Of a DNA stretch of 64,000 nucleotides, positions 39,144-49,452 are shown piece by piece. The notes beneath the pieces are model-generated. The model did not search any database. It was given only the letters and a program-made list of their open reading frames with translations, and was not told the DNA's origin. Each line of letters starts with the position of its first letter. The first letter of the stretch is position 1. Location of the stretch: the NCBI GenBank assembly GCA_965140705.1, contig OZ223300.1:1952001-2016000 (forward strand), written 5' to 3'. This stretch comes from an uncultured Arcobacter sp. (GTDB lineage: Bacteria; Campylobacterota; Campylobacteria; Campylobacterales; Arcobacteraceae). The translations under genes were made by a program, and so were the position numbers.

Positions 39144-39695
39144 TTAAGAATAAAGATGTTCTAAAAGTATTTTAAGTCCAATACAAATCAAAACAACACC
39201 TCCTAGTTTTTCAGCCTTCTCTTCTAAAAAGCTTCCACCTTTTGAACCCATAAAAACACCTATAAAGCTAAACAAAAAGGTTACAATTCCAATGATAACC
39301 ATAGATAAGTAAGGATTAATGTCCAACAAATTTAAAGTAAATCCAGCAGCCATTGCATCAATACTTGTAGCAATAGCTAAGATAAATAAGACTTTATTTG
39401 AAATAATACTTATCTCATCTTCAGTATTTTCACCAAAACTTTCATAAAGCATTTTTCCACCAATTAAACTTAAAAGTAAAAATGCAATCCAATGGTCAAA
39501 GGATTCTATTAAAGTACCTACTCCTAAACTAGCCAAATGCCCAAATAAAGGCATCAAAGCTTGAAAAAAACCAAAAAACAATGCAGCTTTAAAAGCTAAG
39601 GCTTTGTCAAACTCTTTTCTTTTTACTCCAAGACCTATAGAAACAGCAAAGGCATCCATAGCCAATGCAAATGCCAAAAGAAAAACTTCTGCTAT
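39144..39695 (-). CDS. mntP: Manganese efflux pump MntP
   Basis: ALAMDAFAVS, FQALMP and ATSIDA motifs. The SD-adjacent start position is an ATA at 39695; alternative TTG at 39677. Confidence 0.85.
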   Translation of the reverse strand: MAEVFLLAFALAMDAFAVSIGLGVKRKEFDKALAFKAALFFGFFQALMPLFGHLASLGVGTLIESFDHWIAFLLLSLIGGKMLYESFGENTEDEISIISNKVLFILAIATSIDAMAAGFTLNLLDINPYLSMVIIGIVTFLFSFIGVFMGSKGGSFLEEKAEKLGGVVLICIGLKILLEHLYS

Positions 39696-39698
39696 AAT

Positions 39699-40499
39699 TT
39701 ATCCTTTTTGTATCTCTTTTGTATTTATTTTACTTTGTAAGAAATCACTTATTTGCATCAAACAAAAAGTAACTATAAATATCATCAAACCAGGGAAAAA
39801 ACTTACCCACCAAGCAATATCAAGTACAGCTTTACCATCACTTAACAAACTTCCCCATGACATTTCAGGGGAATTGACTCCAAGCCCTAAAAATGACAAT
39901 CCAGACTCAGCCAAAATAGCTCCACCTACTCCAAAAGTAAAAGAGATAAGAAATATAGGTGCTAAAAGTGGTGTAAAATACTTGAATATGATTTTAAGGC
40001 TACTTACATTTGCTAACTTTAAAACTTTTATATAAGGTTTAGTACCAATAGAAAAGCTTTCACTTCTTATCATTCTTGCCATTCCCATCCAACCAGTTAT
40101 AGAAATAACTAATATTAAAATAATTGATGAAGCTTGAATATAAGAGACTAAAGCAAGTAATAGGAAAAATGTAGGAAAAGTCAAAAACAAATCAATGATT
40201 ATGGTAATAGTTTTATCAACTTTACCCTTTAAATATCCAGCATTTATACCAATAAAAAGACCCAAAAGAGAAGAGATAGCAGCACTTAAAAATCCAATAA
40301 TCAAAGAAGTTTGACCACCATTTAAAATTCTGGCAAAAATATCTCTTCCTAATCTGTCTGTTCCCATTATATGTGATAAACTAGGAGCTTGTAATATTTT
40401 GTCTGGGTTTAATTCATAGGGAGAAACAGTATAAAAAAGTGGCATAAAAAAGATAATAGCTACAAAAAAAGCTAAAATATAAAATGCCGCTTTATTCAT
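39699..40499 (-). CDS. Peptide/nickel ABC transporter permease (DppC-like)
   Basis: H.MGTDRLGRD and ESGLSFLGLG...SWG. Confidence 0.9.
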   Translation of the reverse strand: MNKAAFYILAFFVAIIFFMPLFYTVSPYELNPDKILQAPSLSHIMGTDRLGRDIFARILNGGQTSLIIGFLSAAISSLLGLFIGINAGYLKGKVDKTITIIIDLFLTFPTFFLLLALVSYIQASSIILILVISITGWMGMARMIRSESFSIGTKPYIKVLKLANVSSLKIIFKYFTPLLAPIFLISFTFGVGGAILAESGLSFLGLGVNSPEMSWGSLLSDGKAVLDIAWWVSFFPGLMIFIVTFCLMQISDFLQSKINTKEIQKG

Positions 40500-40500
40500 A

Positions 40501-41091
40501 TTAAGCTAGCCTAAAATATGTAAGTGTAGTTTTACCAAATTTTTTAGACTTATATTTTTCAAATTTACCTAAAGTATCTGGTACTTCTATAGTTGAAACA
40601 TGTTCAAAACAAATCATCATGATATTATCGTTTTCAATCTCTTTTACCAATTCGAATGATTTTTCATAAATATCTTCCATCCCATCTCTATAATCAAAAG
40701 GAGGATCAATGTATACAATCAACTCTTCAGTAGAATTTTTTAGTGAATTCAATATACTTGGTAATTGTACAAAAGTATCACCCATCATTGTTTGACACTT
40801 ATTTATATCTATTGATTTACAGTTATTTACTAAAATATTGTAGGAATTCTTATTTAATTCTATAAAATAAGATTTTTTTACACCTCTAGAAACTGCTTCT
40901 AAACCAATGCTTCCACTACCTGCAAAAGCTTCTACAAATACTTTATCAATAATATCAAATTGAAGAACATTAAAAAATGACTCTTTAACTCTTGCTTTTG
41001 AACTTCTTGTTACATCTAAAGATGGAAGTTCTATCTTTTTGCCTTTATATTTTCCAGCAATAATTTGTGTTGTTAATATATTTCTTTTCAT
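40501..41091 (-). CDS. rsmD: 16S rRNA m2G966 methyltransferase
   Basis: IIAGKYKG, FAGSGSIGLEA.SRG and DPPF. Confidence 0.92.
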   Translation of the reverse strand: MKRNILTTQIIAGKYKGKKIELPSLDVTRSSKARVKESFFNVLQFDIIDKVFVEAFAGSGSIGLEAVSRGVKKSYFIELNKNSYNILVNNCKSIDINKCQTMMGDTFVQLPSILNSLKNSTEELIVYIDPPFDYRDGMEDIYEKSFELVKEIENDNIMMICFEHVSTIEVPDTLGKFEKYKSKKFGKTTLTYFRLA

Positions 41092-41301
41092 TACTCTTCT
41101 ACTAATTTTTTGTAATTATAGTCAAAAGTTGTTGAGGGTTTGATTTTAGAAAACAATATTTATAAAATAATATATTTAATTATTTTCAATGCTTTAAATT
41201 AGTTTAAATTATATAAATTTAATTGTTTTATTACTCTTTTAATATATTAAAATTTCTTTTTGTAATGTAAAATATACCTATACATTTATAAAGGATTGAT
41301 T

Positions 41302-42168
41302 ATGCTTATTTTTACAAGAGACACTGAAAGTAATTTTGTTACACAACAAAACTCGGTAGATACCTATTATCAATATAAAAGTAAAGATAAAAATGAAAAA
41401 CAAGAGACAAATGATTTTCAAACTATTTTAAATAAAGAACAAAATCAAGCAGATAGAAATAACACAAGAACAGATGCAGAAATATTAGCAAATATGAAAA
41501 AACTTGTTGAAGATATAAAATCAGTTATGCAAACTGGTATGACTAAAGATGAAATAAAAATGCTAGAAGATATGATTCAAGATATTAAAAAGAAAATGAA
41601 AGAAAAACCCCTTACTAAACAAGAATTAAGTGATATGATGGATGAGATAGAAGAAAGAATTAGAGAATTTAAAATAAAACATACAGGACAATCAATCACA
41701 AAAGCTGAAGATGCAAAAGATATGAATAGAAAAACATCAAGTGATGATATTAACACTAGAATTGAAAAAGCAGAAAAAGATATAAAAGAATTTGGCACAC
41801 AATTAGAGAAAAAAGATACTAATAAAATTATTGAAGAAATAAAATCAATACTAAGAACAGGGATTTCGCCCGAAGAAGTAAAAGCATTTGAAACCTTACT
41901 TGAGAGAATTAAAGATAAATTAAGAGATAAGAATTATGATAAAAAAGAACTTACTAAAATGATAGAAGAACTTCAAGAAAAAATATCAAAATTTAAAAAT
42001 CATATGGCGGGAGAGGCTGTTTTTAAAGCAGAAGATGCTTTAAAAGAAGCAAAATTAAATAAGAGTATAGAAGAAGAAACAGGAACTTCTCATAATAATG
42101 TTGCTGATAATCAATCACATAATCAATTGGAGTTTTTACAAAGAATTAAAAAGTCTCAATCAAAATAA
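41302..42168 (+). CDS. Hypothetical helical protein with two internal ~75-aa repeats
   Basis: EDIKSVMQTGMT...KAEDA and EEIKSILRTGIS...KAEDA. AAGGA RBS before ATG 41302. Confidence 0.75.
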   Translation: MLIFTRDTESNFVTQQNSVDTYYQYKSKDKNEKQETNDFQTILNKEQNQADRNNTRTDAEILANMKKLVEDIKSVMQTGMTKDEIKMLEDMIQDIKKKMKEKPLTKQELSDMMDEIEERIREFKIKHTGQSITKAEDAKDMNRKTSSDDINTRIEKAEKDIKEFGTQLEKKDTNKIIEEIKSILRTGISPEEVKAFETLLERIKDKLRDKNYDKKELTKMIEELQEKISKFKNHMAGEAVFKAEDALKEAKLNKSIEEETGTSHNNVADNQSHNQLEFLQRIKKSQSK

Positions 42169-42219
42169 TTTCCATAAAATATATTTTTGTTATAATTAAA
42201 CAAAAATATTGGATTTATA

Positions 42220-43032
42220 ATGAAGATACCAAAACTTATATATGGAACTGCTTGGAAAAAAGAAGAAACAGCAAGATTAGTTGAACTTGCTGTTAGAAGT
42301 GGATTTAGAGCTATAGATACAGCTTGCCAGCCTAGACACTATAATGAAAAAGGTGTAGGTGATGCTTTACAGATTCTTTATAAAGAAGGGTTCAAAAGAG
42401 AAGAGATATTTTTAGAGACAAAATTTACACCTAAAGATGGACAAGATTTAAATAATATACCTTATAATCCAAATGATCCTTTAGAAAAACAAGTTTTAGA
42501 TTCCTTTGAAGTAAGTCTTAAAAATCTTCAAACTACTTATCTTGACTCTTATATTCTACACTCACCTATTTTTCCCTTTATTCATCTAATGAAAGTATGG
42601 AAGGGTTTTGAAAGCTTTTATGAAGAGGGAAGAACTAAAAATATTGGTATAAGTAATTGCTATGATATAAGAGTGTTAAAAGCCTTATATAAAGAAGCAA
42701 AAATAAAACCAACAATAGTTCAAAATAGATTTTACAAAGATAGTGACTATGACAAAGAAATAAGAGAATTTTGTAAAGAAAAGAGCATCACTTATCTTGG
42801 ATTTTGGACACTTAGTGCAAATCCACATATTTTGGGTTCAAAAGAGTTAATTAACATAGCAAGAAAATACAAAAAAACACAAGCACAGATTTTTTATAGA
42901 TTCCTCACACAAATAGGTGTTACTCCACTAAATGGAACAACCTCACAAGAACATATGAAAGAAGATTTGGATATTTTTTCTTTTGAATTAGAAGAAGATG
43001 ATATAAAAGTTATATCATCTTTTATAGAATAA
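42220..43032 (+). CDS. Aldo/keto reductase
   Basis: YGT, GFRAIDTA, YLDSYILH and IGISN. Confidence 0.9.
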   Translation: MKIPKLIYGTAWKKEETARLVELAVRSGFRAIDTACQPRHYNEKGVGDALQILYKEGFKREEIFLETKFTPKDGQDLNNIPYNPNDPLEKQVLDSFEVSLKNLQTTYLDSYILHSPIFPFIHLMKVWKGFESFYEEGRTKNIGISNCYDIRVLKALYKEAKIKPTIVQNRFYKDSDYDKEIREFCKEKSITYLGFWTLSANPHILGSKELINIARKYKKTQAQIFYRFLTQIGVTPLNGTTSQEHMKEDLDIFSFELEEDDIKVISSFIE

Positions 43033-43038
43033 AGATAA

Positions 43039-44586
43039 TTATCTTGCGTAAGATTCTGCTCTTAACTCTCTAATAACATTTACTTTTATTTCACCTGGAT
43101 ATTGAACTTTTTGTTCAATCTCTTCGGCGATTTCACTTGCTAATAATATTGCTTCATCGTCATTTACAAGTTCAGCTTTTACTATTACTCTTACTTCTCT
43201 TCCTGCATTTATTGCAAAGGCATTTATAACACCTTTTTTAGATGTCGAAATATTTTCTACTTCTTCTACTCTTTTTAGAAAGCTTTCAAGTACTTCTCTT
43301 CTAGCACCAGGTCTTGCTGCACTTAAAGCATCAGCAGCACAAACAGCAGCACTCTCTACATTTATAGGTTCTTCATGTCCGTGGTGAGCATAAATTGAGT
43401 TAATTACTGTTGCTGGTTCATCATATCTCCTACACATCTCTGCACCTAAATCCACATGAGACCCTGGTAAATCATGGGTCAAGGCTTTTCCAATATCATG
43501 TAAAAGCCCTGCTCGTCTTGCTAAAATAGCATCTCCACCCATTTGTGCAGCTAATAACCCTGCAAGATGTGCAACTTCAAGTGTATGTTTAAGTGCATTT
43601 TGTCCATATGAAGCTCTATATCTCAATCTTCCCACTAAAATAGTGAGTTCTGGATGCATAGATTTAATTCCTAACTCCATTACAACATCTTCACCCTCTT
43701 TTAACATATTTTTGTCAAATTCGGTTTTCACCTTATTGTAAATCTCTTCTATTCGTGCTGGTTGAATTCTTCCATCTTCCAACAACTCTTCTATAGTTTT
43801 TGTAGCAATTGCCCGTCTATAAAGATTGAAAGAAGAGATTGTAATAGTGTTTGGAGTATCATCAATAATAATATCAACTCCTAAAAGCATCTCTAATGCT
43901 TTTATATTTCTTCCCTCTTTACCAATAATTTTTCCTTTTGTTTCTTCATCATTTATTGGTATATTATTAATAAGTCTTTCAGCTGCAAATTCTCCTGCAT
44001 ATCTAGTTACTGCATGAGAAAGCATATTATTTATCTCTTTTTTTGAGTTCTCTTCTGCTATTTTATATTTTTTTCTAAATAATGAAGCTATTTTTGCCCT
44101 AGAATCTTCTTCTACTTTTTCAAGCATCAATTCTCTTGCTTCTTCAAGCGTCAAACCAGATGCATTTTCCAAAATTTTTAAAGTCTTTAAAATATTTTCT
44201 TCATAAGTCTTACTTTGTCTTTGTAATCCTTCTTTTAATGATGCTATTTTTTTATTGTTTTCTACTATTTCTTCTTTTTCTTTTTTGATAGCTTGAAGTT
44301 CTGATTCTAGATGTTCATTTAACTCTTTTTCTTTTCTTTCAATTTTACAGAACATTTCATCATATTCTCTTTTTGCACTTTTAAATTCCCTTTCATAATC
44401 CCTCTTTGCCTTTAATTGTGCATCTTTTAAGATAACTTCAGCCTCATGTTCAATAACATTTGCTTTTGCTTTTGCTTGCTCAATATAAATATCAATTTTT
44501 GCTTTATTTATCTTTTTAATCACGAAAAATGTAATTGCTGAAGCAAAAATAGCAACTACAAATCCTTCTATAAGTAACATATCCAT
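43039..44586 (-). CDS. rny: Ribonuclease Y
   Basis: N-terminal TM, coiled coil, KH (KIIGKEGRNI), HD (LLHDIGKA) and SAARPGAR. Confidence 0.96.
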   Translation of the reverse strand: MDMLLIEGFVVAIFASAITFFVIKKINKAKIDIYIEQAKAKANVIEHEAEVILKDAQLKAKRDYEREFKSAKREYDEMFCKIERKEKELNEHLESELQAIKKEKEEIVENNKKIASLKEGLQRQSKTYEENILKTLKILENASGLTLEEARELMLEKVEEDSRAKIASLFRKKYKIAEENSKKEINNMLSHAVTRYAGEFAAERLINNIPINDEETKGKIIGKEGRNIKALEMLLGVDIIIDDTPNTITISSFNLYRRAIATKTIEELLEDGRIQPARIEEIYNKVKTEFDKNMLKEGEDVVMELGIKSMHPELTILVGRLRYRASYGQNALKHTLEVAHLAGLLAAQMGGDAILARRAGLLHDIGKALTHDLPGSHVDLGAEMCRRYDEPATVINSIYAHHGHEEPINVESAAVCAADALSAARPGARREVLESFLKRVEEVENISTSKKGVINAFAINAGREVRVIVKAELVNDDEAILLASEIAEEIEQKVQYPGEIKVNVIRELRAESYAR

Positions 44587-44604
44587 ATTATGACCTTTTA
44601 TCTT

Positions 44605-45141
44605 TTAACTAGAAATTATTATATCAGCTTGAATATCGTAGTTATTACTTAAAATTTTTGTAGTCTTACAAAGTTTTCTTTGAGTAAAAAGGATTGTTGG
44701 TTTGTAGTTTAGTTTATAAAAAAACCTATCATACATACCTTTTCCAAAACCAATTCTTTTATTTAGTCCATCAATCCCAACAACAGGGACTATTGCTAAA
44801 TCTATTTTCACATTAGCAAAAGAATTATTAGGCTCTTTTATACCAAATTTTTTAGTTTTTAAAGGCAGTCTGTATTTGACTACTTTAAAACTAAGCCCTT
44901 CCATATATGGTACAAAAACTTGAACTTTTTTTTCTTTTCTTAATCTTTTTATCAAAGGATATATATCCACTTCTAAGTCAAGTGGAATATATAATAACAC
45001 ATTCTTTTTTTTTAATTCACAAATAGTTTTATATATCTCATCTACTATTTTTTTATCTTTATAACACTTTGTAAATCTACTAACAAATTTTAATTTTTTA
45101 ATACACGATTTTCTAAAATCACTCTTGTGATTTTCTAACAT
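44605..45141 (-). CDS. 5-formyltetrahydrofolate cyclo-ligase
   Basis: FGIKEP and VP.VG...RIGFGKGMYDR. Confidence 0.9.
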   Translation of the reverse strand: MLENHKSDFRKSCIKKLKFVSRFTKCYKDKKIVDEIYKTICELKKKNVLLYIPLDLEVDIYPLIKRLRKEKKVQVFVPYMEGLSFKVVKYRLPLKTKKFGIKEPNNSFANVKIDLAIVPVVGIDGLNKRIGFGKGMYDRFFYKLNYKPTILFTQRKLCKTTKILSNNYDIQADIIISS

Positions 45142-45200
45142 ATTTAAGCCTTAGTTAGCTAAAATTCTTAGCTTCAAATATTTTACCAAAAGGAATTAAA

Positions 45201-45743
45201 ATGCAGTTTAAAAAAATAGCATTTTTAACATTTTTTATAACAATATTTTTTGCAGCGTGTGGCTCAGATAATTCAAAAAATGATAAAAAAGTGCAAAACG
45301 TAGAAGTAAAAGATTTCAAACTTACTACTACAGATGCTCAAACACTCAACATAAAAAAGCTAGATGATGGTTTTGCTTTTCAAGAATATAAGGGGAAAGC
45401 AGTACTTGTGAACTTTTTTGCGACTTGGTGTTTACCTTGTAAAGCTGAAATTCCAAATTTGATTCATCTAAAAGATAAATACAAAAATGACTTAGAAATA
45501 GTTTCTGTTTTAATGGAAGAGAATAAACCAAATAACCAAGTAAAAGATTTCGTAAATGAATACAATATTAATTATGTTGTAACAAATTCAAGACAAAATG
45601 CAACATTTGCAGATGCAGTTGGTGGAGTTAAAGCAATTCCAACTATGTTTTTATATGATAAAAAAGGCAAACTTATTCAAACTTATGTGGGAATAGTTCC
45701 AGAAGAGATGATAAATGTTGATATTCAAAAGGCAATAAAATAG
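45201..45743 (+). CDS. TlpA-family thiol-disulfide oxidoreductase lipoprotein
   Basis: Lipobox AAC and NFFATWCLPCKAEIP. Confidence 0.9.
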   Translation: MQFKKIAFLTFFITIFFAACGSDNSKNDKKVQNVEVKDFKLTTTDAQTLNIKKLDDGFAFQEYKGKAVLVNFFATWCLPCKAEIPNLIHLKDKYKNDLEIVSVLMEENKPNNQVKDFVNEYNINYVVTNSRQNATFADAVGGVKAIPTMFLYDKKGKLIQTYVGIVPEEMINVDIQKAIK

Positions 45744-46676
45744 ATGTTTAGTTTTTTAAAAAAGAATAAAAAGGAAGAAACAATTGAAGAAAAAGAAGAG
45801 AATAAAAGTTTCTTTTCTTCTGCCTTATCAAAAACATTTGATAATATAAAATCAGTAGTTCCTCAAAAAAAAGAGAAAATCTCTTTTGAAGATATAGAAG
45901 AACTGCTTATTGAAGCTGATATGGATTATTCTATTATAGAAAAGGCTATGGATGGGCTTCCTGAGATGATAAACAGAAAGCAATTAAGACATAGACTTGT
46001 TATGCTTTTTGAACATGCACCTGATGTTAATATGGAAAATTTACCCTCTCCTTTTGTACAACTAATCATTGGAGTTAATGGAGCTGGTAAAACTACCACT
46101 ATTGCAAAACTTGCAAATCTATATAAAAAAGACAATAAATCGGTTATTTTAGGAGCTGGAGATACTTTTAGAGCAGCTGCTATTGAACAACTTTCTATTT
46201 GGGCTGATAAATTAGGTGTCCCAATTATAAAAACAAAACAAGGACATGATCCAAGTGCTGTTGCATATGATACTATCTCTTCAGCAGTTGCTAGAAATAT
46301 TGATAATGTTATTATTGACACAGCAGGAAGATTACAAACACAAACAAATCTATCAAATGAATTGAAAAAGATAGTAAAAGTTTGTAGTAAAGCAAAAGAA
46401 GGAGCTCCTCACCAAAAGCTTATGATTCTTGATGGAACGCAAGGGAATACTGCAATTGAGCAAGCAAAAGCTTTCAATGAAATGGTTGGAGTTGATGGTA
46501 TTATTGTAACAAAGCTTGATGGGACAGCAAAAGGTGGAGCACTATTTTCTATCTCAAATAGATTAGAACTTCCAATTTTTTATATTGGGGTAGGAGAAAC
46601 AATGAACGACCTAGTAGAATTCTCACCTGATAATTTTGTAGATTCCTTATTGGATGAAATATATATTTCAGAATAA
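45744..46676 (+). CDS. ftsY: Signal recognition particle receptor
   Basis: GVNGAGKTT, DTFRAAA, DTAGR and TKLDGTAKGG. Confidence 0.96.
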   Translation: MFSFLKKNKKEETIEEKEENKSFFSSALSKTFDNIKSVVPQKKEKISFEDIEELLIEADMDYSIIEKAMDGLPEMINRKQLRHRLVMLFEHAPDVNMENLPSPFVQLIIGVNGAGKTTTIAKLANLYKKDNKSVILGAGDTFRAAAIEQLSIWADKLGVPIIKTKQGHDPSAVAYDTISSAVARNIDNVIIDTAGRLQTQTNLSNELKKIVKVCSKAKEGAPHQKLMILDGTQGNTAIEQAKAFNEMVGVDGIIVTKLDGTAKGGALFSISNRLELPIFYIGVGETMNDLVEFSPDNFVDSLLDEIYISE

Positions 46677-46698
46677 ATCATAATAAAAAGGAAATACC

Positions 46699-47583
46699 TT
46701 GGATATTTTAAAACCAAAGTCAAACAAGTATTTCCTTTTTGTATCCTTGCTCGCTTTAGTTTTAATAGCTTTCACCTTTTATATTCTTCTAGATATCAAT
46801 AATCAAAAAAAACTAATCTCAAAACTTGAAAACTCATTAGTAATAACAAAAAATCTACTAGAAGAAGAGAAAAGATATGCTCTTTCTTTATCTATATTAC
46901 TCTCACAGGATAAAGAGCTTATAAATGCATATAAAAACAATAATAGAGAAAAAGCTTTTTATATAATAAATAAAAAAATAAGTGGACTTAAGAAACTTCA
47001 AAATAGTCTTTTTGAAGTACAAATTCACACAAAAGATTTAACTACCTATCTTAGAAGTTGGGATTTTTCAAAAAAAGATATTCCATTATCATATTTTAGA
47101 GAAGGATTAGTAAAAGTAAAAAAAGAAAAAAAACCTTTAGTTTCTATAGAATTAGGTAAAAGAGTAAATATCAAAGCCATTTCTCCTATACTTAAAAATG
47201 ATAAATTTATAGGTTCTATTGAAGTTATTATTGGTTTTAATCATTTGGAAAAAGAGTTAAAAGATAAAGGTTATAACCTAGACATATTACTCAATAAAAA
47301 ATATCTAAATATAGCTACAACACTAAAAAATAACCCGATAATTGATAACTTTGTCTTAGTAAATAAAAAAACATTTGATACAAGTTTTGATTTAACTAAG
47401 CTTAAAGATTATGGATACTTTACAAACACTACTAATGCTTTTAGTTATTTTTCATATTATTCTTTTAATAGAAAAAAACTTGGATATTTTATTATTTCAT
47501 TAAAAAATAGTTCAAAACTTCAATTAAATAGTAATTATAAAAACAAGTATATAAAGACAAATAGTAAGGTAATAATTCAGTGA
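46699..47583 (+). CDS. Membrane-anchored Cache-like periplasmic sensor protein with no output domain
   Basis: Single N-terminal TM and Cache-like motifs (YLRSW, IELGK..NIKAISPI...IGSIEV). Overlaps the regulator start. Confidence 0.65.
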   Translation: MDILKPKSNKYFLFVSLLALVLIAFTFYILLDINNQKKLISKLENSLVITKNLLEEEKRYALSLSILLSQDKELINAYKNNNREKAFYIINKKISGLKKLQNSLFEVQIHTKDLTTYLRSWDFSKKDIPLSYFREGLVKVKKEKKPLVSIELGKRVNIKAISPILKNDKFIGSIEVIIGFNHLEKELKDKGYNLDILLNKKYLNIATTLKNNPIIDNFVLVNKKTFDTSFDLTKLKDYGYFTNTTNAFSYFSYYSFNRKKLGYFIISLKNSSKLQLNSNYKNKYIKTNSKVIIQ

Positions 47584-48242
47584 ATATACTTTTATTGGAA
47601 GATGATTTTGATTATAGAATAAGCGTTAAAGAATATTTAGAATCACTTGATTACAAAGTAGATGATTTTGAAAATGGAGAAGAAGCACTAAATGAGATTT
47701 ATGAAAAAACCTATCACCTTTTGATTTTAGATATTAAGGTTCCTAATTTAAATGGCTATGATTTAGTTAGAACTTTAAAAAAAGATGATAAAAATATTCC
47801 AGTTATTTTCATCACTTCATTAACTGACATAAACAATCTAAGTATGGGTTATGAACTTGGTTGTAATGATTATATAAAAAAACCTTTTTCATTAAAAGAG
47901 TTAAAATATAGAGTTGAACAAGTAATAAAATCTACTTATTTTAATACAAATGAAAATATTATAAAACTTGCAGAAGACTTTTCTTACAACACCAATAAAT
48001 TAGAACTTCTAAAAAATACAGAAATTATAAATTTAACAAAAAAAGAGCAAGATGTGATTTTTTCTCTTTTAAGACATAATGGTAGATTTGTAAATTTTGA
48101 TACCCTAAGAGAAGAAGTTTGGGATAATAAATATATAAATGAATCTGATGTTCGAGTATGTATAAAAAACATACGAGCAAAAACCTCTAAAACTTTTATT
48201 ATAAATCAAAGAGGACTAGGATATAAGATTGATAGGGATTAA
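47580..48242 (+). CDS. OmpR-family response regulator
   Basis: LLEDD, LDI.VP..NG, KPF and RGLGY. Confidence 0.92.
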   Translation: MNILLLEDDFDYRISVKEYLESLDYKVDDFENGEEALNEIYEKTYHLLILDIKVPNLNGYDLVRTLKKDDKNIPVIFITSLTDINNLSMGYELGCNDYIKKPFSLKELKYRVEQVIKSTYFNTNENIIKLAEDFSYNTNKLELLKNTEIINLTKKEQDVIFSLLRHNGRFVNFDTLREEVWDNKYINESDVRVCIKNIRAKTSKTFIINQRGLGYKIDRD

Positions 48243-49380
48243 TACAAAAAGTTATATATTTAAATTAGCTCTTAGCTACTCATTTCTAATCATTATTCTT
48301 ATTTGTATTCCTGCATATTTTTATACTCAAAGTGAACTTGAAAGTTATGAATTTAATCAAAATAAACTTTTAGATATACATACTTCAAGTATCCAAAGAA
48401 GTATAAGTGACTTTTCTGATTCTAAAAGCAATATTTTTAACTTCCCAAAGTCTTTTAGTTTTGATAGCTATTTATTTAAAAATAATAATCAACTAATCTA
48501 CTCTACAACAAATAAACCCTTTGATATAAATAAGACACAGCAACTTATAAAAAAAGTATCCTTGAGTCCAAATAGACTAAATGCAGACTATCTTGTAGTT
48601 ACAAAAGCATTTGATTATGAAGAAATATATATAAAAATAGCACTTTTGACTCTTATTCTTAGTGTATTTGTTTTTATCTCTTTATTCCTCATTTTAAAAC
48701 AAAGCATTACTCCATATAAAAAAGCAAATGATTATCTTGATGCTTTTTTTAATGATGCAATGCATGAACTAAAAACACCCCTTGGAGTAATACAATTAAA
48801 CCTTGAAATGCTTCAAGAAAAACAAAAAGATTCCAAAGAGATATCTCGTTGCTTAAATGGACTAAAAAACCTACTTTTTATATATGAAGATATAGAATAT
48901 CTAATAAAAAATAAAAGAATTACCTTTATAAAAGAAGAGTTAGATTTGTCTTTATTTTTAAAGCAAAGAGTTGAATTATTTGAAAGTTTAGCAAAATCAA
49001 AAAATATCATTTTTGATTTAAATATAGAAGATGATTTATTTCTCTTTATAAACCGTGCACAAATACAAAGAGTAATAGATAATACAATTTCAAATGCAAT
49101 CAAATACTCAAAAGAAAATCAAAAAATCATTATAAAACTAAAAAAAGAAGAACAAATCATGCTATCTATCCAAGACTTTGGTAAAGGGATAAAAAATACT
49201 TCAACAATATTTAATAGATACTATAGGGAAGATACTGTAAAAGGTGGTTTTGGTATTGGATTAAATATTGTTAAAAATATCTGTCAAGAAAATAATATAA
49301 AAATAAAAGTCATATCAAAACTTAATAAAGGTAGCAGCTTTAGCTATTTTTTTCAATTATTAATCTTTGTTTTATCTTAA
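48229..49380 (+). CDS. Sensor histidine kinase
   Basis: 2 TM helices, HELKTPL, NAIKYS, DFGKG and GFGIGL. Confidence 0.92.
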   Translation: MIGINTKSYIFKLALSYSFLIIILICIPAYFYTQSELESYEFNQNKLLDIHTSSIQRSISDFSDSKSNIFNFPKSFSFDSYLFKNNNQLIYSTTNKPFDINKTQQLIKKVSLSPNRLNADYLVVTKAFDYEEIYIKIALLTLILSVFVFISLFLILKQSITPYKKANDYLDAFFNDAMHELKTPLGVIQLNLEMLQEKQKDSKEISRCLNGLKNLLFIYEDIEYLIKNKRITFIKEELDLSLFLKQRVELFESLAKSKNIIFDLNIEDDLFLFINRAQIQRVIDNTISNAIKYSKENQKIIIKLKKEEQIMLSIQDFGKGIKNTSTIFNRYYREDTVKGGFGIGLNIVKNICQENNIKIKVISKLNKGSSFSYFFQLLIFVLS

Positions 49381-49452
49381 AATATATATTGAAAAACAAA
49401 CTTTATACTTACATTCAATTGTTATAATATTGATAAACAATAAGGAGTCAGT

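Noticed and set aside
45142..45200. 6S RNA upstream of 5-formyl-THF cyclo-ligase
   Set aside because: The intergenic gap is only about 60 bp, too short.
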